Positions 58,306-64,000 of a DNA stretch of 64,000 bases are shown here, in pieces (the first letter of the stretch is position 1; each line of letters starts with the position of its first letter). The position numbers and the translations under genes were made by a program. The stretch is from Rikenella microfusus (GTDB lineage Bacteria; Bacteroidota; Bacteroidia; Bacteroidales; DYQK01). Below the pieces are notes generated by a model. The model had not been told where the DNA came from. It did no database searches and saw nothing but the letters and a program-made list of their open reading frames with translations. The stretch covers positions 5,630 through 69,629 of the forward strand of contig DYQK01000001.1 of the NCBI GenBank assembly GCA_020719385.1. The letters are read 5' to 3'.

Positions 58306-61300
58306 TTAAACACTTTTGAGCCACATTTCGTAGAGTTTGTCGATGTCAATATCTGTTGAAAATTGATTTTGAACATTTTTTTCTCTTGTTTCGAATTCAT
58401 TAAGTCGAAAAGACATCAATTCTTGGGATTCTAAGAGTTCCTTCATATTTTGCATCATTGTTGATTCTTGCCGTTCTAATTCTTGTTTTTTCAAAATTGC
58501 CTGTTCCTCGGCTAACTTCTGCTGCGAGATGTCGTATGCAAGCGAAACAACTTTCAAAATATTGCCTTTGTTGTCAAAAACGGGCGAGTATGAGGTAACA
58601 AACCACAAAATTTCTCCTGCTTTTGTTACTCTTTTCAACACTCCCTGATACGGCGTTCCGTCTCGAATGACTCCTTCCCAAATTTGATTAAAACGTTCAA
58701 TATCGTCAGGAGGAAAAATATTTCGCACATTTTTATGAATAATTTCCTCGTGAGAATATCCCAAAACGTCCAAAAACTTTTGATTTATGTGAATAAAATT
58801 TGCTTCACTATCATATTCGCCTTTGATAAGCGAATAATTTACTGCATTAATTAAACCTTGCATCTCGATTTGTGCTTTTTCCATTTCCTCTTGCGTCAGG
58901 ACGAGTTCTTCGACATTTTGTCTCAATTCTTTTTCTTTGTCAATAACTTCTTGTTCCTTGAGTTTGCTTTCAGTGATATCGATGGCAATGTTTAAGATTT
59001 TATATGGTTTTCCGTTTCGGTCTAAGATTGGGCAAAAAGTTTCGTTCAACCAAATTGTATCGCCGTCTTCGAGAGTTATTTTCCCAACTTTACTTCGACT
59101 AATGCCTTTTCGTAAATCATTCCAAAACATTTCCATATCAATTCCTTCCGAGAAAATGTATAAATTTTCGTAAGATTTCTGCAAAATCTCTTTTTTATCG
59201 GAATTTAAAATGATGACAAATTCGTTGTTGATGTCAAGAATTTTTCCTGTCAAATTCATCTCCAGCGTTAGCGAGGCGGTGTGAACGGCTTTGAGAACTC
59301 CCCCAATTTCAGCAGCTTTTTGAGCAGATTCTTCCTGTGCGTGTCGCAAATCTTCCAATGTTTTCTGAACTTCTTTGTCTTTTTCGATTAGAGTTTGTGC
59401 CTGACGCTTCATTTCCTCATCTTTGAGATGCTGCTCCGTTATGTCGTTTGCCAAATAAAGAATTCTCATTACATTTCCGTGTTGGTCGTGAACGGGAGTG
59501 TATTGAGTTAGCAGCCACAAATCTTTTCCAGACTTTGTTTTTCGTTTTAAACTCGCAGAATGTGAATGTCCGCTACAAACTTTCTGCCATATTTGGAGAA
59601 AATTATCTAAATCATGCGGCGGAATAAACATTCGAATATTTTTCCCGATGACGTCTTCGGGTTTATACTCCAGTGTTTTTGCCCAACGAGTGTTGACAGA
59701 AAGTAAAAGTCCGTCAGTTTGATATTCGGCTTTCATCAATGTGCTGTCGATGGCTTTGAGAATTCCTGTCATCTCGGCTTCGCGGCGAGCAGATTCCTCG
59801 TGAGCGACAGCCATTTCTTCCATCGTTTTTCGCATTTCCTTCTCGCGGAGGGCTAACTCTTGAGATTGTTTCTGCGATTCTTGCAACAAAGTTGAAGTTT
59901 TTGCGTTGATTCTTGTGGTAACTAACGTTGAAGCAATGCTTTCTGCAATTTTTTCTGTAAATTCGCGTTCGTGTTTCTGAAAATTTTTAAACGAAGCAAT
60001 TTCGGCAACACCTAATATTTCTTTTTCCAATTTCAACGGAACAATTAACAAACTTCGCGGCGAGGAATCACCTAATCCAGACTCAATTTCGATGTAATCT
60101 TGCGGTATTTCTGTGAGATAAATTGTATTTTTTTCCAACGCACACGCACCAATTAAACCGTCACCGAGATAAATTTTTTTCTGAAAATATTTTTTTCTGT
60201 CGTATGCAAAAGCACTCAACAATTCCAAAAATACGTCATTTTTATCGTTGTTGTTGTAAATAAAAATTCCGCCTTGATTTGCGTTGAGATAATGTACTAA
60301 ATTTTTTATTACCTCGTCACCGAGTTTCTCGATGTTATCTGAGTTTTGTCTCAAAATTTCACCGAATTTTGCGAGTCCGCGATTAGTCCAATCTCTTCTT
60401 TGGTCTTCGATTTTGCGTTTATTTTCCTCTTCTTGTGCTTTTTTGAGATTATCTCGCAAATTTAAAAGCGTATTTCCAAAAACATCTTGCTTTCCGAGAG
60501 ACTCGAATTGCGTTTTGTAATTTCCTGTGCTAATATCGAGAGCGAAGTTTTGCAAATATCGAAAATTTTCTGCAACCAAATTAGTTTGTTTTGACAATTT
60601 TCCGATTTCATTGTCATTTTCAAGAATTTTTTCTTTGGGAATTTCTCCTGTACTTAGAATTTGCAAATTTGTTTTCAAATTTTTCAGAGAAATAGTTAGG
60701 TCTTTTATCAAAAAATAACCGACAAAGATGTTGAAAATCAAAATGATAAGACAGACAATATAAATTTCGGTGATAGTTTTTCGTTCAAAATATTGAATAT
60801 CGGTGATAGTTTTGTTGATGTTTTCAAAATCGGATTCCATCATTTTTTGCACAATTTCCTGAATTTTGCGAAAAGAAGTCAATTCTTTTGTGGTTCGCAA
60901 AATATAGACAGAAGAATCTTCGCCTGCGATGAGAAACGTATTTATCTCTTTTGAAATATTTTTATAATTTTTAAATTCGTCTAAAAACCCGGAGAAAATG
61001 AGAGAAGTAGCAGCCGATTCGTCCATAGAATATCGAAATTCGTCAAGATATTTATCTATCTCTGGGTCTTCCAATGCGGAGCGATTTTGCAGCTGCACCA
61101 TTGTTGCACGGTTAGAAATTAAAATATGATTCTCGACAACTATGGAATATAGCCGTTTTGTGAATTTCGAAAGTTGAACTAAACGCACAAAATATTTGTC
61201 ATCTAACTCGCTAACTTTGTGATTTATCTGTGAGATTCCATGCATGCTGAAATATCCCAAGAAACCAATCAACAAAATTAGAACGCAAATTAACAAAATC

Positions 61301-61353
61301 AAACGACGACGAATGGTTATGTTGCTCCGTATTTTCTCTAATTTTTCTAACAT
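58306..61353 (-). CDS. Membrane receptor: 4HB-like periplasmic domain, HAMP, GAF, three PAS; no output domain
   Basis: Two TMs flanking a helical domain, AFAYDRKK and GDGLIGAC (GAF), three PAS/PAC separated by coiled coils. Confidence 0.88.
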   Translation of the reverse strand: MLEKLEKIRSNITIRRRLILLICVLILLIGFLGYFSMHGISQINHKVSELDDKYFVRLVQLSKFTKRLYSIVVENHILISNRATMVQLQNRSALEDPEIDKYLDEFRYSMDESAATSLIFSGFLDEFKNYKNISKEINTFLIAGEDSSVYILRTTKELTSFRKIQEIVQKMMESDFENINKTITDIQYFERKTITEIYIVCLIILIFNIFVGYFLIKDLTISLKNLKTNLQILSTGEIPKEKILENDNEIGKLSKQTNLVAENFRYLQNFALDISTGNYKTQFESLGKQDVFGNTLLNLRDNLKKAQEEENKRKIEDQRRDWTNRGLAKFGEILRQNSDNIEKLGDEVIKNLVHYLNANQGGIFIYNNNDKNDVFLELLSAFAYDRKKYFQKKIYLGDGLIGACALEKNTIYLTEIPQDYIEIESGLGDSSPRSLLIVPLKLEKEILGVAEIASFKNFQKHEREFTEKIAESIASTLVTTRINAKTSTLLQESQKQSQELALREKEMRKTMEEMAVAHEESARREAEMTGILKAIDSTLMKAEYQTDGLLLSVNTRWAKTLEYKPEDVIGKNIRMFIPPHDLDNFLQIWQKVCSGHSHSASLKRKTKSGKDLWLLTQYTPVHDQHGNVMRILYLANDITEQHLKDEEMKRQAQTLIEKDKEVQKTLEDLRHAQEESAQKAAEIGGVLKAVHTASLTLEMNLTGKILDINNEFVIILNSDKKEILQKSYENLYIFSEGIDMEMFWNDLRKGISRSKVGKITLEDGDTIWLNETFCPILDRNGKPYKILNIAIDITESKLKEQEVIDKEKELRQNVEELVLTQEEMEKAQIEMQGLINAVNYSLIKGEYDSEANFIHINQKFLDVLGYSHEEIIHKNVRNIFPPDDIERFNQIWEGVIRDGTPYQGVLKRVTKAGEILWFVTSYSPVFDNKGNILKVVSLAYDISQQKLAEEQAILKKQELERQESTMMQNMKELLESQELMSFRLNEFETREKNVQNQFSTDIDIDKLYEMWLKSV

Positions 61354-61461
61354 AATTTTCTAAAAATTATTTGCCAAAAATAAAAATTTTTTTCAATATT
61401 TCAAAAAGTTTACAGAATTTTTTTTCATTTTTCTAATTTTTTTTGCGAAAAGTAGAAAAAT

Positions 61462-61704
61462 TTACGAAAGTTTAGTTAAAATTTGTATTGCTTCTTCGAA
61501 AGAATTGCCGCAAAATAACATTTCAGGTAAATATTCGCTGCAAACTTTTGGTCGTTGTGGTTTTCCAAACAATTCGCAGCGATTTTCAGAAGTTAAATGC
61601 GGGCAACGTTCAAAGGCTTTTTTCCCTCTCTTGAGTGCAGGAATAATTGAGGAAATTGAAATGGCAATACAACAGGCTCCACACATTCGACATTCCATCG
61701 TCAC
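61462..61704 (-). CDS. YkgJ-family cysteine cluster protein
   Basis: CRMCGACC, CPHL, C..F, RPKVC. Confidence 0.88.
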   Translation of the reverse strand: MTMECRMCGACCIAISISSIIPALKRGKKAFERCPHLTSENRCELFGKPQRPKVCSEYLPEMLFCGNSFEEAIQILTKLS

Positions 61705-62867
61705 TCAATAGTTTTTCGATTATGATGCAAGGCATCTTGCACAACTTTGCGAAACGTTTCTACCGTGCCTTCTATCATCTGCATATCGGCAGGAAATGGA
61801 ATTGGTCGGCGTTTTAAACGGTCTTTTGTCTCTGCGGAGAGAGCGTTCAAGTCACCGTTGGCGGTTGTGTAAACGTGTTTGAAAAAATTATCGGCGGCAA
61901 TATCTTTTGTTTTCACAATTTGTCGGTTTTGCGATAACTCAAATTCGAGATGCCCACTCACGCGGCAAGATTTCTCTTGAATATGGTCAATAACCTCGCA
62001 AGAAATGGTTTTATACTTCGGTTTTTTCATATCGTTGCCGAGAGAATCTTTTCGAACATTTCCTTTGTCATCTAAGACATACTCGTAACCGTCTTGAATT
62101 TCCCTTTTTTCAGTAAAACTGCGGTCAGATAACCTTTCGGGAGAAAGATTTATGTTTTTCAAATTGATATAAACGAAATAATCGAATTGCGTATTTCCGT
62201 TGTCTTGCGTATAATATTCGCCCCATTCTGTGTTGAGTGAGGCAATATTTAACGAAAGAAGCGTATTTTTGAAGGTTTCGGGCAGTCGATATTGAGTGTT
62301 ATTGATAATTTTTATCAAAGCGCGATTTGTGCCTTTAAATTTTGCCTGGTCAGCCATTCGGCGAGCATCCTCGTAAGTTGGGTTATATTGCTGTGCTTTT
62401 TTAAACTCAAAATAAGCATTTCGATACGAAGTTTTGTCGTTGTTGTCCATCAAACGTTTTGCGTGGTTATAAAAATAATCGGCGGCATTTTTCTTTGCCT
62501 CAATAATTTTTGCGTCATAATCTACAACGGGAAAATCAATGATTTGCATTCCATTTTGAATCGGAAGGACGGTGCGAGCCAGTTGTTGACGGTTTTTGAG
62601 AATTTCATAATTTTGCAAAATTTCTTCCCAACGATTAGGATTTCCTTCGGCTTGCAGAAAACGAATTCTCTCCTCATTGCGTTGATTTGCTAAGGGATAA
62701 GCCTTTTCCAAGACTTCAATTTCTTTTTTATTTGTTCGGCTGCTCTGCAATTTTTTCACAGATTTCTCGACAGCCGAATCATATTCTCCTTGTTGAAGAA
62801 GTTTCGTCGAAGAGGTGCAGGTTGCTAAAAAGAGTAAAATTCCTGAAAAAAATAAGAGTTTTCTCAT
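61701..62867 (-). CDS. Hypothetical lipoprotein
   Basis: Lipobox LLFLATC after MRKLL; helical TPR-like N-terminal half. Confidence 0.8.
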   Translation of the reverse strand: MRKLLFFSGILLFLATCTSSTKLLQQGEYDSAVEKSVKKLQSSRTNKKEIEVLEKAYPLANQRNEERIRFLQAEGNPNRWEEILQNYEILKNRQQLARTVLPIQNGMQIIDFPVVDYDAKIIEAKKNAADYFYNHAKRLMDNNDKTSYRNAYFEFKKAQQYNPTYEDARRMADQAKFKGTNRALIKIINNTQYRLPETFKNTLLSLNIASLNTEWGEYYTQDNGNTQFDYFVYINLKNINLSPERLSDRSFTEKREIQDGYEYVLDDKGNVRKDSLGNDMKKPKYKTISCEVIDHIQEKSCRVSGHLEFELSQNRQIVKTKDIAADNFFKHVYTTANGDLNALSAETKDRLKRRPIPFPADMQMIEGTVETFRKVVQDALHHNRKTIE

Positions 62868-62954
62868 TGTTTTTTGATTTTTTAGAAAATTTAACATTGC
62901 AAAATTACACAAAATATCGAAATTCTCAATTTTTTTTTTGAAAAAATGAAAAAT

Positions 62955-63812
62955 TTATTTGTACAAATTATCTTGGTCTAACATCAGATATTTATTCACT
63001 GCAAAATATGTTGACAATAAAGTTATTCCGACTCCGATGAGAAACATTATTCCAAAAACTATTCCAATATCGCTGAAATTCATTGCTGCGTGCCATTCAT
63101 TTTGCAGCACAAAAAGCAAAGTTGTTAAGAGAAATATTGAAATTCCTACGCTAAAAATTCCTTGCCATAATGCGTTGATTAAAAATGGTTTACGGATAAA
63201 ATTGTGTGTTGCTCCGACAAGAAACATTGTCCGAAGTAAAAATCTTTTCGAGTAAATTGCCAATCTGATGGTGTTGTGAATCAAAACCCAAGAAATACTA
63301 AACAGCAAGGCACTAAAAATCAACATTATAACGCTGATTTTTCGTACATTTTCGTTCACTGCCTGCACAAGCGATTTTCTGTAAAAAGTTTCTTTCACAA
63401 AAGAATGCTGCGAAAATTCCTTCTCAATAACTGCAATGCTGTCAAGATTCGCAAATTCGGGCTGCAAACGAATATCTATGGAAGAGAGGAGAGGATTATA
63501 GCCCAAAAAAGAAACAAAGTCCTCGCCTAATTCTTGCTTTAACTCGGCGGCTGCTTCTTCTTTGGAAATAAAATTTGACGATTTTACATATCGCAATAAC
63601 GAGATTTCTTTTTGAAAACGTTGAACGTCTGCCTCTTTCAAAGAATCTTTTAGTAAAATCGAAAAACCTATGTTTTCCTTCGCATAATTTGAGAAAGTCT
63701 TTGTGTTTACTATCAAAATTCCCACTAAACCCAAGAGAAATATCACTAACGAAACACTTATCACCGTAATTAAAATCGATGTTGTGAAATGTTTTTTCTG
63801 CAAGTACGACAT
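62955..63812 (-). CDS. ftsX: Cell division permease FtsX
   Basis: ISVSLVIFLLG, FISKEEA, LGYNPL, NTIRLAIYSKRF, LVGAT..FIRKPF. Confidence 0.93.
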   Translation of the reverse strand: MSYLQKKHFTTSILITVISVSLVIFLLGLVGILIVNTKTFSNYAKENIGFSILLKDSLKEADVQRFQKEISLLRYVKSSNFISKEEAAAELKQELGEDFVSFLGYNPLLSSIDIRLQPEFANLDSIAVIEKEFSQHSFVKETFYRKSLVQAVNENVRKISVIMLIFSALLFSISWVLIHNTIRLAIYSKRFLLRTMFLVGATHNFIRKPFLINALWQGIFSVGISIFLLTTLLFVLQNEWHAAMNFSDIGIVFGIMFLIGVGITLLSTYFAVNKYLMLDQDNLYK

Positions 63813-63818
63813 AAAATT

Positions 63819-64000
63819 TTAATTCTCGAATGTTTCGTTATCGAAACTTGACCGCACATATTTCATATAAACGTCTCCTGTGTGCGTGTGAAAAATGATT
63901 TTTCTACCTTGAAAACCTCCTGTATTTTGCCCAATTATTGAAATTTTTTCCTCGTGAAGTATCTCAAGGGCAATCGCCACATTTCTGCGACCAATGTCGT
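63819..64000 (-). CDS. cheD: Chemoreceptor glutamine deamidase CheD, C-terminal part (runs off the window; absent from the ORF track)
   Basis: Manual translation DIGRRNVAIALEILHEEKISIIGQNTGGFQGRKIIFHTHTGDVYMKYV matches the CheD IG.RN...GG..GRK..F...TG pattern. Confidence 0.85.
   Translation of the reverse strand, partial: DIGRRNVAIALEILHEEKISIIGQNTGGFQGRKIIFHTHTGDVYMKYVRSSFDNETFEN

Overview
AT-rich chromosomal window from a Bacteroidota genome, most likely an anaerobic or microaerobic Bacteroidales-type organism. Support: TAnnTTTG promoter boxes before many genes, a PorP/SprF gene, a large protein with a T9SS-type C-terminus, and tsaE-ald linkage. It carries about 50 CDS, mostly housekeeping (prfA, pheT, dnaJ, grpE, gap, rny, tsaE, ald, lon, murE, rimO, ftsX), two tRNAs (Asp-GTC, Pro-GGG), hdrCB, a ccoQP pair and several signalling proteins. 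I found no CRISPR array, integrase, intact transposase or reverse transcriptase. The features most worth follow-up are: (1) a kinase-free chemosensory-like operon with an output-less receptor carrying four Q/E-rich helical repeats, a paralogous HAMP-GAF-PAS-PP2C protein and a STAS-like protein, with a cheD nearby; (2) a HAD plus Tpt1/KptA RNA-repair fusion directly behind a Uma2 nuclease gene; (3) a dispersed REP-like palindrome family with at least 7 copies; (4) an ABC-ATPase plus TOPRIM-like gene pair; (5) a short 6S-like hairpin upstream of rny; (6) a fused LeuC-LeuD/homoaconitase-like enzyme; (7) pervasive break-up of normally conserved operons. All family assignments come from recognising motifs by eye; no database searches were run.
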